DNA of 64,000 nucleotides from Takakia lepidozioides (GCA_030704615.1 CM060734.1:40362001-40426000), one strand, 5' to 3'; counted from the first letter of the stretch, positions 24,909 to 39,228 are shown. The notes: generated from the letters alone by a model not told the origin. Translations and numbers: made by a program.

Positions 24909-27900
24909 TCATTCACTCAACCAGTAACTTGCAGATTTCAATAAGAGGGGAAAACAGGGTGAAATGTTTTGAAGGCACTTCATCTGCCCAGACAATCTTC
25001 TCAGCTCAGCATGGATTTCCTTAATTCTGGGATGCCATCTACAGCGAAGGTGTGCACCCTTGTTGCAAATCTCAATGCAGCAGTGACCTGCCTCCTTTCT
25101 AACCCTTCTGACCTTCATCATTATTCTCACCAACTCCTGCTTTTGCGATGCAACCATGCACCCCTTCACTCATTTCCAGGGCTGCCAGGATTTGCACAAG
25201 CATTGCAAATGCACACAACAATGATGTGGCGAGGCTTCACCCCTTCCCCCATAATTTGCTCATAGGTCTCCGAAACCTCCATCCCACGCCCTACCCTGCA
25301 AGCAACGCGTTCCACGACATCACATTTCATTCAGCGTTATAGTTGAACACTGCCTTCGCATCCTTGATGCTCCCACATTTGGCATACATGTCCACGAGGG
25401 CATTGTTAAGAATAACATTGGGTACAATTCCAGCTTTGACGATGTCACCATGGACCTCTTTCCCCTTTTCCAGGGCTCCCAAGCTTGCACATACAAACTA
25501 CGGTGATGTGGTTGGGCTTCACCCCTTCGCAGAGTACACATAAGTTCCTTTGGTTTGCATCCTCAATGCACCCAAATTTGGCATACATGCCCACGAGGAT
25601 ATCGTACAGAATCACATCTGGTACAATTCCAGCTTTTGCGATACAACCATGCACCTCTTGCCCTTTTCCAGGGCTGCCAGGCTTGCACAAGCATTGGAAT
25701 CACAAACAAACGTGATGTGGTTGGCCTCACCCCTTTGCACATCATTTGCTCATAGGTCTCCAAAGCCTCCATCCCGCGCCTCTGCTGTGCATACCCTGCA
25801 AGCATCACGTTGGGCAGTGTTCAGAATGACATCTGGTACAATTCCAGATTTGACGATGTCACCATGGGCCTCTTTCCCCTTTTCCAGGGCTGCCAGGCTA
25901 GCACACGCACTGCAAATGCAAACATACGTGCCTTTAGTTGACCATCTACCCATGCAGGTTACTTGTAGCTATTGATCCACAGGGAATCATAGGTAATCTG
26001 GAATTTGAAGTCCGGTCCCCTTGGATGAATCTGGACCCACACTCTATCCCTGCTCCTTCAACTATCCATGCCTCTGCACAAATCATGCATACATCCTTGC
26101 CTTGCTGCTAGCAGCTGACAATGACAGCCTGTGACAGGCTCAATAAACTCTGGAATAGAGCTCCAAAGCCTCCATCCCGCGCCCCTGCTATGCATACCCC
26201 TGCAAGCATCGCGTTCCACGACACCACATCTCGTTCAGCCATAATGCTGAAATTAACTCCATTCGCATCCTTAATGCACCCACATTTGGCATACATGTCC
26301 ACCAGGGCAGTGTTCAGGATGACATCTGGTACAATTCAAGCTTTGACGATGTCACCATGGACCTCTTTCCCCTTTTCCAGAGCTCCCAAGCTTTCACACG
26401 CATTGCAAACACAAACAAACGTGATGTTGTTGGTTTTCACCCCTTCGCACATCATTTGCTCATAGGTCTCCAAAGCCTCCATCCCGCACCCTTGCTGTGC
26501 ATATCTTGCAATCATCACACTCCACGACACCACATTACGTTCAGCCATACTCCATTTGCATCCTCGATGCACCCACATCGCATACATGTCCACCAGGGCA
26601 GTGTTTAGGATGACATCTGGTACAATTCCAGTTTTTGACGATGCAACCATGGACCTCTTTACCCTTTTCTAGGCTTCACTCTTTCGCACATCATTTGCTC
26701 ATACGTCTCCAAAGCCACCATCCTGCGCCCCTGCTGTGCATATTCTGCAACATCATGTTCCATGACACCACATTTCGTTCAGCCATATGGTCGAACACTC
26801 CCCTTTGCATGCTCAATGCTCCCACATTTGGCATACATGTCCACCAAGGTATTGTTCAGGATCACATCTGGTACGATTCCAGCTCTGAAGATGTCATTCA
26901 GCCTGCATATTGTTGAAAACTGCCTTTGCATCTTTAATGCACCCACATTTGGCATACATATTGTCCACCAGGGCAATGTTCAGAATGACATCTGCTACAA
27001 TTCCAGCTTTGGCGAGGTCATCATGGACCTCTTTCCCCTTTTCCAGGGCTCCCAGGCTTGCATACACATTGCAAATGCAACCGAACGTGATGTGGTTGGG
27101 CTTCACCCCTTCACGCATCATTTGCTCATACGCCTGTACCTCTGTTTACTAACTTTGAAAGTTTCGAGGTTGAACCTCACCCTGAGTTAAAATTACAGTA
27201 GTGTCAAGGCTGCCCTTCACTCATCCATGTTACAAACCGGAAATGAGTTCAGGGTTTTATGCCTAACTGTTGTTTGGACATTCTGCATTCTTCCAACATG
27301 GCCTTGGACACATCAGCTTTCCAAGTTAACTTTCAAGTCAACTTCATTTTAGTAGGGTCAGTTCCTCTTGCCTAATATTCAGGCACTTGAAATCTCCTCT
27401 TCCCGTTCTGCCAGGACTTCACCTGTTGGACTGGATGTTGGCAGATCCACTACTTTCGTCTCCAGACACAAAACTAATGGCCAGCTTCTCACTGTGGTGG
27501 CAAACAAAAAATTCCTTTTCTGTTTTTCTACAGCGACCTGGCTCCTTTCTAACTCCTCTAACCTTCATTATTCTTCTCACCTTTGCAGTATTATCCCAAT
27601 TACCAGCTGCAGCATAGATGGTTGATAGCAACAGCATCCAAAATCCAAGAGTATCACATTCCTGTTGGCTGAGGTAGAGGCATACACCTGAATGCCAAGC
27701 ACCTGTTGCTTGCGCCCTAAGTCCAGCAGCAGATCTCGCAACTTTTGCTCTGACATACGTTTCTGAATCTGCTGAAATGCCTCCTTGGTTTAAAGTCTGT
27801 GGAAGAAGAGGAGGGTACATGAAAGGGTGCATGACTTGCCTGCGGATGCTGTCAACCTTCACTCCTGTTCCAGGAGGAGCTTCTTTTTCCCCACACATAT

Positions 27901-29068
27901 GCAGCCATCACAGCCTCCAAACTGTCGGTGGTACCCTTGCCTGCTGTATCCATGAACCTTCTGATTGATTTTTGGACAGTAGAGAAAGTAAACTTAGAAG
28001 AATGGAGGCTATAAATTCCACAGTTCCTATGCTCAATTGCGCTTGCTACTCTCTGTAATCTAACAGACATTCATCTTCTTGCCTCGATTGTCCCACCATT
28101 GACTAGGGTCAGAAAAGTATTCATTCCACAGCTTCTCCTCGTCTATGTTATCTGTTTCGGGATACTTTCTTGTTGTCACATTGGCAGTATCAATCCCACA
28201 CGCATGTTGTGCATATCCTGCAATCATAGCACTCCATGATACCACATTTTGTTCAGCCATCCTGACGAACACTCCCTTTGCATCTTCAGTATTTCCGCCT
28301 TTGGCATACATGTCAATGAGGGCATTGTTTAGAATGACATCTGGTACAATTCCAGCTTTGATGATATCACCATGGACCTCTTTGCCCTTTTCCAGGCTTG
28401 CACACACATTGAAAATGGAAACGAGTGTGACCTGGTCTGGGTTCAACCCTTCCTGAATCATTTGCTCATAGGTCTCCAAAGCCTTCATCCCGCACCCACG
28501 CTGAGCATATCCAGTGATCATTGCGTTCCATGAGATCACATCTCGTTCAGCCATCATTATATTCCACATGATCACACCTTGTTCAGGCATTTTGTTGAAC
28601 ACTCAGTGTGCATCCACAATGCTCCCACACTTCACATACATGTTAACAAGGGTGTTGCATAGAAAAACGTTGGGCTTGAATCCACTTTGGATAATGTGAG
28701 CATCCACCTGTTTTCCGGCTTCTAGGCCTTTCATCTTGATGCACTTATGCAAGAGACAGACATAAGTATCTGAATCTGCTGAATCTGCTGAAACCCTTCA
28801 AAATCTGTAGAGCCTCTTTCAGTTGCCCTGCCTCACATAGCATCCCTCACGTGCCCAGAAGTGCCAGAAGCGGTATTGTGGACTCCCTCTCTTGATCCTC
28901 CCTTGGAAGCTGTGGCCATGGTGGAGCACATGATTTCAAATATGCCGCTGCCGCTGTTTCCAGTTGACCATCTACCCATGCAGGTTTCCTGTAGCTATCA
29001 ATCCACAGGGAATCACGGGCATTATTGTGCCTGATATCCATCCCTCTTGGATGAATCTGGACCCACAC
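24909..29068 (-). pseudogene. Cluster of decayed PLS-class PPR genes with E/DYW remnants and OSB-type PDF motifs
   Basis: Many copies of GIVPDVILNTALVDMYAKCG, RDVVSWNAMLAGYAQ, EGVKPNHITFVCICNAC and ALEKGKEVHGDIVK. E-domain KVRGVRKEPG, DYW-region HSEKLAISF. Frequent frameshifts and stops. Confidence 0.88.
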
Positions 29069-29246
29069 TCTATCCGTGCTCTCCTTCAGCTATCCCTTAC
29101 TCAGCACCATTAATGCATAGACCTTGCCCTTGCTGCTAGAAGCTGACAATGACAGCTGAAATTTTTTCTAGCAAACACCCAAACCCTACTGATCACACAC
29201 TAGCTCCTACTCTGAATTGGTCCCAAGACTTTAAAAATGTGCTGGG

Positions 29247-29580
29247 GAGAGATTGTACTCATAAGACGTTGTTTGCCGTAGCCTTGTGGCCATTGACCCC
29301 GCGCCCAATTTGAGCGGGAACAAAAGGGACAGAACCTACCTCTATCAGGGGCTGACGTTGGTAGTAAGACTTACCTCCATATAAAGAATTAATCCGGGTT
29401 TTCCAGATATCCTCTAGAAATCCCTTCACACAAGCATCAATCTGCTGTGTGTGATTTGCCCAAAAACTAGACCTCAGGAGGGCCTGGGCTTTTGGCTCAG
29501 CCTCGAGACTTTCAAAGTTGGTAAACAGGGGTACAGGCACAATTCCCTTAATAGATTTGAAGAGAGCGTCTCTTTGGTGA
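29247..29580 (-). mobile_element. LINE 3' fragment (same family as 4420-4931) inserted into a PPR remnant
   Basis: [48 protein letters not shown] plus GAGTACAATCTCTC tail. Preceded by the PPR motif RNVVS*NAMTAAFTQHGLGEDALELF (29585-29670). Confidence 0.7.
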
Positions 29581-29842
29581 GAAAAGAGTTCCAAAGCATC
29601 TTCTCCAAGCCCATGTTGGGTAAATGCAGCGGTCATTGCATTCTATGAGACCACATTTCGTTGTGGCATTTACTCCGCACTCGAGCACGCGATGCCCCTG
29701 CGCTGCAAGACAATTTGGGCAGTCCGGGCAGATATAATTTTTTTGACAACGACGATGACGTGTCTACGAGTGGCGACGAAACGTGGCGATGATGACGTGG
29801 CACTATGGCACCCTATTCCTGCTCTAAACTATCTTGCTAGAA

Positions 29843-30900
29843 CTAGGGCTTCGCGTTGCTCCACACTACTAGCGACGACTTCTGAGAAGGACGTCCGGAC
29901 GGATGGGCCATATTCGAGGTTTATGATAGAGACCAGTTTTGATTGGGGGGTGGGTGGGTGGGTGTGGAGGAGTTGGAGGGGTTCTCCATGGGTCGTCCTG
30001 GTATAACAAGTAGATTTGGACTATGATGTATCTGTATTTATTGATTATCCGTTGTGAGGATGTATTGGGACAAAATAGAGATAATTGAAAACTTTTTGAA
30101 GGAGAAGAAGGATGGTCTTTATAAAATATGGGGGCCCTTACATGGATATTTGGTTTGAAATGTTTACAGGTGTCTGATTTAAGCGCTACCAAGCTAACTT
30201 ATGCTTTTGCTCCAGTTGTCGTCGTTCGACTCTGTGTCCTCCGGTGCTTTGGCCAACAATTTGACCCCTTTTAGTTGGAATGAAAGTCCGTGTTTTTTGT
30301 GACAAAAATTCATCCAATATTGGATGTTGCACTTCACGGCATCTCCCTTGAACGTATGGATTCTCCATTCATTTTTTGGCCATTTTCACTAAGGACTTCG
30401 ATTGTATTATATACTTCGTTGTCATTTGTTTTTAGCCGTTTATTTGTACTAGCCGTCGAGCTAGAGTTGTTCGTGTTAGTTTTTTGGAGGTTTCTCGTAA
30501 AGCTCATATTGTTTCCCCAATCCACGTCATATTTCCCCCGATCCACGTCATATCCTCGCCTCTCCTCCTCCAGTAATCGGACCATTCCGTAATTCTATTT
30601 GCATAGTCGAACAAGAAATGGCTATCTTCTATCAATATTGAGAATTGTGCGTCCTTGGATTCTTCGACAAAGGTCACAAATCTGTAGTTCCCGGTTTTGC
30701 CAAGGTTGGGAAATTTTGCAATACCTACGAAAATGACTATTTCTTCAAGTTCCGAAGGGTCATTCCACAAGGCGCTATGGAAGTTTGAATTGTAAGGTAG
30801 TCACTCCCATGTGTTTCCCACCTTTAGGGCATGATGGTCATTGGACGTGAAATTGTCGTATATGGTGTCCGTTATGTCTTGGTGGGTAGAGAGAGAGAAG
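29843..30900 (-). mobile_element. Helitron-type SSB element, copy 2 (decayed, internally deleted)
   Basis: Same 3' end (..CAACGCGAAGCCCTAG|T at 29843). ORF fragments 30504-30770 and 30334-30585 are homologous to the 244-aa ORF. Confidence 0.8.
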
Positions 30901-33900
30901 ATATACATGTCATGTCAAGACATGGACAAGACCACTAAGGTCATTGTCATTGAAAGACAATGCAGCCCTTTACAGGGCACCATCTAACAACCTTTTTTTT
31001 TAAAACCATCTCATTTGAATACCTCGTTACATTTCAGGGTATCTGAAAAAACAGGGTGGGAGGGCGGGATTCCTGGTCATTCATATCAAGAAAGCACCAT
31101 GGGTTGACATCAGACATTCATCGCCATACTTGTAGATTGTAATCTCATTTCAAAAACCCAGATTGCAGGTCTGGAGATAAATCTCCAGAACCAAGCATAT
31201 AGTACTTAAAATTGAAATTGAAACAGTAAGACATATATGTCTTAAGCATATTCCAGCCAACCCATACTGGTACATCTGGATCTGGTATTTCTATTGCAGG
31301 CCAGCGGAGATGCAAAGCAAGCACAATATAGGGAGTATATTAAGAGACCATATAGAGCTTACCAATTTTTTGTCCCAAGAGATCACTTGGGGTACTTTAG
31401 AAAACAGTTTGTAGTCTAAAAAGAGCCCAACAATGTGATGCTTGGTAGTCTATAAATAACCACAATGTCTGTTTTACAAGACATAAGACACAAGCATGAT
31501 TCATAAAATAGAAATAGGGCCGAGTTTTTTTAAGCAGATACAAGTCTGGAGTGGTATTCCAGGGCCTTAAAAATAGCTCTGCCAGGGTAGAAAGTAACCG
31601 CACCTCCCAATGAATTTGACAACGCGGAATCAAGCCGCTAAGTCGTCAAGCCGCCATCACGCAGCTCCAGGGAAAAACCAAAGCCCAAGTGTCGGGTTGT
31701 TAGGTTTAGAGAGGTGATCAAACACGCACCCTGCAATTTCATTCGGTCTGCATGAGAAATTGCATGTAGCTGATAGGTCATTTTCGTGGGATTTTATCCA
31801 CTAGAGATGAAATCAGTACGTTTCCAGGATGTCATCCATTCTGGGTGACATCCGACAAGGATGAAAAACCAACCATTCATTAGGTTTAAACCATAAGCTC
31901 ATATTTAGGATAGATGAAATTTCGAACCCCTCAAGACCATAATTCACACCCTAAATGAATTAAATGGTGAGAATAAGAAATCCTTGGAAAATAAAAAATC
32001 AGATCATCCGTTAGGTTTTCATCCATCAAGGTCCACCTACTCGTAACCAGCATGATCGCATCCGCTTCTAACAACCAAGAGCTTCGCGGTGCTCCTCGCA
32101 TCCCAACCTTGTTTCTCTTATTTTTAAGCAAAAACCATAAGTGCTAGTTTGTGTTTCCAAGAGCCACCAAAGGACAATCACAAACACTATGAAAGGAGTA
32201 CTGTGCTAAGACTACAAGAGGGAGTTTTTGGGCTTGATGGTAGCAGGAAGTAGGAGATAGAGCTATGGTGGAAGAAGGTGAAAAAAATAAGAAGAATGAA
32301 ACCTTTGCAATCAGACACTGGAGATCCAGAGCCATTGCTCTTACTAGAGACACACATCGGGCATTCACACTCTCTTTAACCACTCTACATTTGTTTATTG
32401 TTCAAAGGTGAACTCCATGCCCTGAGTTTAAATTTCAGTTTGCTTCCGAAGGTTTGTAGGCCCTTCAGATCATTCTTAAGGTCCTCACCAATTTCACAAA
32501 CTGGAAGTAAGTACGTATATTAAAAGAGAGAGAGAGAGACCTACCATAAAACAAGAAAAAGAAACACTACGTGGTCTACGTGGTTAGACATGACACTCAA
32601 GAATCGGTCTTAAGATGGTGCAGCTACTGTCCATTTCACATTGCAGGTCTTAAGGTGCAACTACTGGTATATTGACTCTAGTCTATATTCAAGATCAAGT
32701 GATCAAGAGACCAAGAAGGAAATCAATGTTCTCTTTACGACTCAATTGTGGTGGGCATATTTTACAAGTTTCACTGCGATTAGCCTCTGGCAGAACCTAC
32801 CTTGAAATGGTGTGGTCAAAAGAGTCCTCGATGATCTTCAAGGCTGATTCCTTGGAATCTGGACAAAGAAGAAGAAGAATCTCTGCTGCTGCAGCTCTAT
32901 GCCGCAATGTATTTGTTCAGTGCAACCGAAATTATCAACGCACAACACTCATAAACTTCACCTTCAACAATTCATGCACATCCTTTTCATGTTGTGCAAC
33001 TAAGAGATCAACTCGACAAATTCTGTAAAACCAAACATTCTAGAATCTATTGCCAGACATTTGTGTACTCTAATTTAATCCACTGTGGTCTAAGATTGTC
33101 ATATTTCCCATTAGTGGAGCCAGCAAGAGGAGAATGGAAAGGAAAAGGCAGAGGGGGAAGGGCTGGAGGAAGCAGATTTGGGGGAGGTATTACCTTAGAG
33201 AGAAGCTCTTCACAATTGTTTTGTTCCTGTCATGAAACCACAGAAGCTCACATTAGGTCGTATTGGCTGAATTGCACACTTGTGTTATTAATCCCACACA
33301 TGTAATTGTTTCAAGCTGTTTGGATGTAGGCCATCTAATAGTTGTCACATAGATACCATGAACCAGTAAATCACAAGCTGAAGGCGAGCATCGTCATCTA
33401 AGTAGAGAGAGTCAAATGATGGCTCTTTGCTTTAGTTTAGTATTCCGCAAGCACGCACACAAGAGGTAGAATGTCCGAGGATAATGAGGTTAGGTGTAAA
33501 ACTTCCCTGCACTTGTTTCCAGTTTGCGACACGGGTGAGGGCTTTAAGGATGATCATAAAAGCATTAGACAACACCTTGAATGGCAGGCGGTGTGTTAAT
33601 TGAGAAGAAAAGTTCAATAGCCCTTACATTGTTTCATAATGGACCCTGGATGGAGATTTGAAGGAAGGCTGTCGGTTTGAAATGTCTTAATAGCTTCAAA
33701 TGCATCTCCCATACCATGAACATTGGCTCCCCTCACCTCCTTGCCTTCATTCCCCTCAGTATTCAGTAACCCCTGGCCCAATTACATGACACTATTTTAG
33801 TTCATCCCAATTTGGGTACTTGGGGCTTCCAAGTCTTTGTGCGAATACCGAATAACACATTGCATAATAGGCAAAAACATTCCCAGCACAGGTCTTGCAT

Positions 33901-34589
33901 TCTGTTGCCTGTAGATGACACTACAACATATATTTTCAATTTCAACAAGTGCCCCTCAACTACTACACAGGAAATGTTGGCTGAATGAAAGCTCCATTAA
34001 CTGATATAAGAAGTGTCTTCTAAATAAGTGATTTCTTTCTAGCTTGGACTAAATTTGACAGTTGCTAAGACGGAGTTCAGCTATAGAATTTTTAGCCCTT
34101 GTGTTTATACTGGTGGTGGTTGGGGTCATCCCGTAAGTCAGTTGCAGGTATGAACTTATTTTCCCATAGCTTGCCATAAGTGGACAGAGTCCCCACACTG
34201 ACCAAGCTGACGCTGGTAAGAAAAGCTCGAGCTTCTTCTCAACCTTGAATAAAATAGGCTAACAAAAGAATTACTACGCGGGACAACCATCAGCATGAGT
34301 TCGACAGTAAATTGTATAATGACTGAGCAGTAACCCACTTTAGAGGAGGGATTATCATATGCTCAGGAGTTCACCAAGTTGGGCAACAAAGAGGGCCTAT
34401 GTGGCCATGTTTGTCAGGAAAGGTTCTCATGTGTCTGTAATTATGTTGTTCCTGCAACCCCTACCTAGTTATTTAATAGCGAGTATTTGTATATGAGACT
34501 GCTAGTATATTCTGAGCCAATGACCAGCTCACTTGCACACTGACCACCTGCAAGACACTCATGATGTTCCAAAGTTGTTTGGATTGCAG

Positions 34590-35814
34590 CATATATACAA
34601 ACAACCATGTCAACGTCGGAAATAATCGACACCAAAGACAATGTAACAAATCAAGAAATTCAAGAAATAACCCACCAAGACATAACAGATGCGATATAGG
34701 ACAGTTTCACATCCAATGATCATCGTGCCCTAAAGGTCAGGAACACATGGAAGCGCTTGCCGTACAATTCAAACTTCCATAGCGCCTTATTGAACGTCCT
34801 TCGGACCGTGAGGAAATAGTAATTTTTGTAGGTATTTTGAAATTCCCCTACCTTGGCAAAACCGGGAATTACAAATGCGTGACCTTCGCCAAAGAATTCA
34901 AGGAGGCAAAATTTTCAATATTGATTGAAGACAACCATTTCTTATTTGATTGCGCAAATAAGATTACAGAATGGTCGGATTACTCGAGAAGGAGAGGCGA
35001 AGATATGTCATGGATGGGAGGAAATAACATGAGCTTTACGAAAAAGATCCAAAAATCTATCGCGATCAACTTTGGCTCAACATCTAGTAACCATAAATGG
35101 CAAAAAATAAATGACAACGAAATATATAGTACATTAGAAGTGCCGAATGAAAATGGACAACAAATGGATGAAGATTCCGTACATTCAAGGGATCTCGTTG
35201 CAGTGAAGTGCAACATCAAATATTGGATGAATTTCTGTCACAAAAAACACGGACTTTCGTTCCAACTCAAAGGGTCAAATTGTTGACCAAGGGACACATA
35301 ATCAAAAGATGACAAATGGAGCAAAAGCATAGTTTGGTAGCGCAGAGATCAGACACATGTAAACCTTTGAAACCAAATATCAATGTAAATACCACCATCT
35401 TTATCAAGACCATTCTTTTCTCGTCTCCAAAAGGTCTACAATTCCCTCTATTTTGTCCTAATACATGCTCACAACGGATGGTCAATAAATATTGTTTTAT
35501 CATAATCCAAATCTACTTGTTGTATCAAGACGACCCACATTTTATGTCTTTCGATGGATATTTATGATAAATCTTTTCCAATGAGGTCTCCTGTTGCATC
35601 TGCTTTCTGTTTTACAACATAGAGAGCATAAGGTCCATGGAAAACCCCTCCAACTAAAGACTATATGCAGCTCCTCTCCTCTGTTCCTCCTCCCCCGCCC
35701 CCCACGCAAATCAGAACTGCATGAGCGAGATTTTGGTAGGCTACATGATGCGTAGTCTCTCTCATAAACCTTGAGTATAGCCCATCTGTCCGGCGGAGCA
35801 ACGCAAAGCCCTAG
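34590..35814 (+). mobile_element. Helitron-type SSB element, copy 3 (opposite orientation, decayed)
   Basis: ATG context ACAAACAACCATGTCAAC at 34607; ORF fragment 34837-35286 homologous; ends GGAGCAACGCAAAGCCCTAG|T at 35814. Confidence 0.8.
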
Positions 35815-38441
35815 TATTTTATGTACCCATTACTACTAAGTTACAGGTTGTCATGGTAAGACATCATGGCATCATGTGGATTAGCCTTTAGGTTTGAGGT
35901 TCAAACCCCTATGTACTATCTCTATTTGCCTTGAACATATTGCGGTTCTACAACCTATGTGCTTTAATAAGAATGATCTCAACTTCAATTTTTGACAACC
36001 CTCAAATAATATATTTAAGATAATATATAATGATAATTTAATTTAAAAAAATTATGTATTAACTAAAATTTAAAAATCTCAATAATTATTTTTGACATTT
36101 CTCAAAAACTATAGTTGAAGTAATATATTTTATTAAATGAATAAAAACTAGATATAATTTTGAAGTATAAATGGTACAACTGACCTATAGACCAATGCTA
36201 CGACATCATTTGTATTGGTATCTGTGTTTGAGTTCAAATCCTATGTGTTGTCTTGTGGCTCCGGCTATGCTTGTTTACCTTTTTGGCTTTGAAAATAGAT
36301 TTATTTTCTCCTCAAAGCCTAGTTGCTTACATCATGTGCATTGGCCTAGTGTGGTCTTAGGCTCAAATCAATCCCCTATTAAGCTCCAAGCTTCAGGCTG
36401 TAAAACTGCCTTGTTTGCCTTCGTAATCCTTTATTTCCACACAACCCAATTGGTGACATCATACATACTTTCAAGTTTCTAATATAGGCCTACCTATGCG
36501 TCTGGGGTTCAAACCCTAAGTACTATCCCTATTTGCCTTCAAGGCTCTAAAGGGGGTTATCTCATGCAATATTAGCCAATAGGTTTGGAGTCCAAAGCAT
36601 CAATTTTTAAGCTATGGCTCTACTATTTATTTTTCATGGCCCGAAATGAGGTTTATTCCCTCATGGCATGTTTAATCTAGACATCATATTGTGTACTAGG
36701 AAACTCCTTCTACATCATTAATTTGATTAAGTATCTTTCTTTAATCTATTTCTTGTTAGCCAATGTCATTCCAATTTTACAACTAGTAGAGTCTATGTTA
36801 TTTCTATCACATTCTAATGTTTCATGTGTTAATGTTTCAGAACGAATAAATATACTAAAAAAAATATTTGTACAAAATTTATATATGAGTTAATATACAA
36901 AAAATTCGTCTCCTCAACTTTCCACATTTCTCCTAGAAAATTAATGAACAGTCGATGTTGGTTTTATCAACATGTACTTTTAAGGCACTTGATTTAGTCA
37001 TGTACTTTGTGAGGTACCTTGTGATTAGGGATTCTAATTTGGATGCATTGCATAGAATGAATTTGACGTACAAAAACTTTCACAACTTCTTGTCCAAAAT
37101 TTGCTTTTTACTCCTTTCCAAATAGTTGAAGCAATTATATCAATACCAATTTCTCGAAAAGCAAACTGTGCTTCATCTGACACTGCTTTACTTGTATATT
37201 TTTTCACAAGTTGCCTCTGTTGGGTAATGCAGCACATGATGTATAACCATGACTTACATATATATTTACTTCACGCCTATCTCATTTAGAGGATCAAGAT
37301 CTGTGGCATATATACTAAATGGACATCTTTCAAATATATGTTATAAGTAATTTTTTTCCATCATATGCACCACAAGACTTGAATTTGTTGTTGAAATAGA
37401 TATTTAAACAACAGATGTCCAACTGTTTTCAGTTGATGCTTCCTCCAACCAATATGGTAACTTTTTGGATTGCTCTAGTCCATTGGGTATATCACTGTAA
37501 ATGATATGTAATTGTATTGATGTTGGTAATCCAAGTTTTCCAATAAATGTATTGTAATTGAAGAAAAAAAATTGATAGTAAATTGTATGACCAATGTCTC
37601 AACATGATAATATGTGGACATTAATTTTTGATATACATCTACAAAATGACAGAATTCCTGAATAGATGTTATGATGTGTTTCTCTACAAAAAGTACATGA
37701 GTAAACTTCTATAATAATATTGAGGATCCACCTCTACACCAGGAGAGCATATAGGGCTGTAGAATAATAGGAATTTCTGACTTAATGACAATTTTCAGAA
37801 CTTTTTAATATCTTTCTCATTGATATAGCCTGCGATACCTTCGATATTGCTGCGATAGGGCAATGTTCTTCGATATCTTGTATACAGTCGATAGTCTATC
37901 TTGGACTGAATGATAGAAGAGATGGATGAATAATTGTAAAGGATAGATGATGAGTTTGAGCGGTTATTACAGTTATTGAAGCGCCCTGCTATATAAATGA
38001 TAAGCAGAAAGTGTCAATTGAGTCAGAGAGCCGTGACCGGGAGTAGGGAGAGTAGAGTGAGTAGGAGATAGACTATAGAGTTATTCTGCAATGGTAGATT
38101 TAGTACTGCGTTCTTGCAGTGTTGTGATTTATGACTGAGAAGAAGAAGAAGAAAAATGAAGTGCAATTCACTTTGTGTATGTGTGAAGAATGGAGTGATG
38201 GAATGAGAATGTGTTTCCGTGTGTAAGATTTGAAGAACCATAACTATATGAGATGATGAGAATGCGCATAAATGAAACAGATAAGAATTCGATGTGAGAA
38301 TTAGTTTATAGTCTATCAAGAGAAATATCGATATAGAGATATTCAAAACTCAAGAAGGAGCACATTAAGGAAACGAAGACAAAGAGAGAGTTTCCAATTG
38401 GGTTAATGATAGGAGTGAAACAGTGAATTAAAATCATTTGC

Positions 38442-38940
38442 ATGGCAGAAAGCAATGATGAGGGAATAAAGGAAGTGTCAGAATTGATCTCTGGATTACC
38501 AGATCATTTATCGATAACAATCTTTCATAAGCTTTGTTGTAGTGATAAAGAAGTATTCTTATTGCAATTGGTCAATAAAGAATGGTATAGGGAGATATCC
38601 ATTCTATACAGGAGTTGTTATTGGAAACATAGTTGGTTGCAGAAGTGGTATAGACCATTTAAAGGCTATCCTGAACTTATGAGAGAATGGAATCATAATT
38701 TTGGTGAGGGAAAATCCCTGGAGCGACTTGAGCAACAGAATTGGTGGTGAAGAATGAGCACTGGCGATGTGTGAAGGAGAATAGCTAGCATATCCTGTAG
38801 AATTGATTACTAGACTGCCTAATAGTTTGTCGATATCTTTAAAATATTACAATGTAGCGACAAAGAGATAATCAATCTATGGATAGTCAGTAAAGAGTGG
38901 TATTGAGAGCTGTTGACTTTGTATCAGAGATATTATTGGA
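38442..38940 (+). pseudogene. Two tandem F-box-like segments upstream of the PBS
   Basis: ORF 38442-38750 ELISGLPDHLSITIFHKL..LLQLVNKEWYREI. Diverged, frameshifted duplicate at ~38798-38940 (ELITRLPNSLSI..NLWIVSKEWY*ELL). Confidence 0.55.
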
Positions 38941-39210
38941 GGAAGAATATAATGGAGCAATGGTATTTGATTTCAGCCGATGGAGCAGAGTTAATAAAAG
39001 ATGGAGAGAATATTTATGAATCTGGGAGAATGATGATCGTGTTAGATGAAGATGACTGTTGGTAGAAGTTGTTTCGAAGAAAGGATAGAGAGAGATAGAA
39101 TAGTCTAGCATCATTATGTATTAGTCGTATAGTCCTTTCCCCAGCAAACGAACTCTAGACTAATTGATCTTTTCTTTTAGGATTGATCTTAGTTTTATTC
39201 TACATCTTTT

Positions 39211-39228
39211 TGGTGCCGCTGCCGGGGA
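39211..39228 (+). promoter_or_regulatory. Primer-binding site of element A (Athila-type, tRNA-Asp-like)
   Basis: TGGTGCCGCTGCCGGGGA versus Athila-type consensus TGGCGCCGTTGCCGGGGA. Confidence 0.75.

Noticed and set aside
31695-32076. Possible MITE bounded by GGTTGTTAG/CTAACAACC
   Set aside because: Only a 9-bp inverted match, with no TSD and no second copy in the window.
35316-35567. Second ORF in the mini-Helitron (also 29869-30192)
   Set aside because: Frames and stops differ among the three copies, and it is broken in the otherwise intact copy 1. The similarity is explained by DNA homology.
36560-37800. Decayed transposase in the AT-rich segment
   Set aside because: No recognisable catalytic motifs in any frame I could read.
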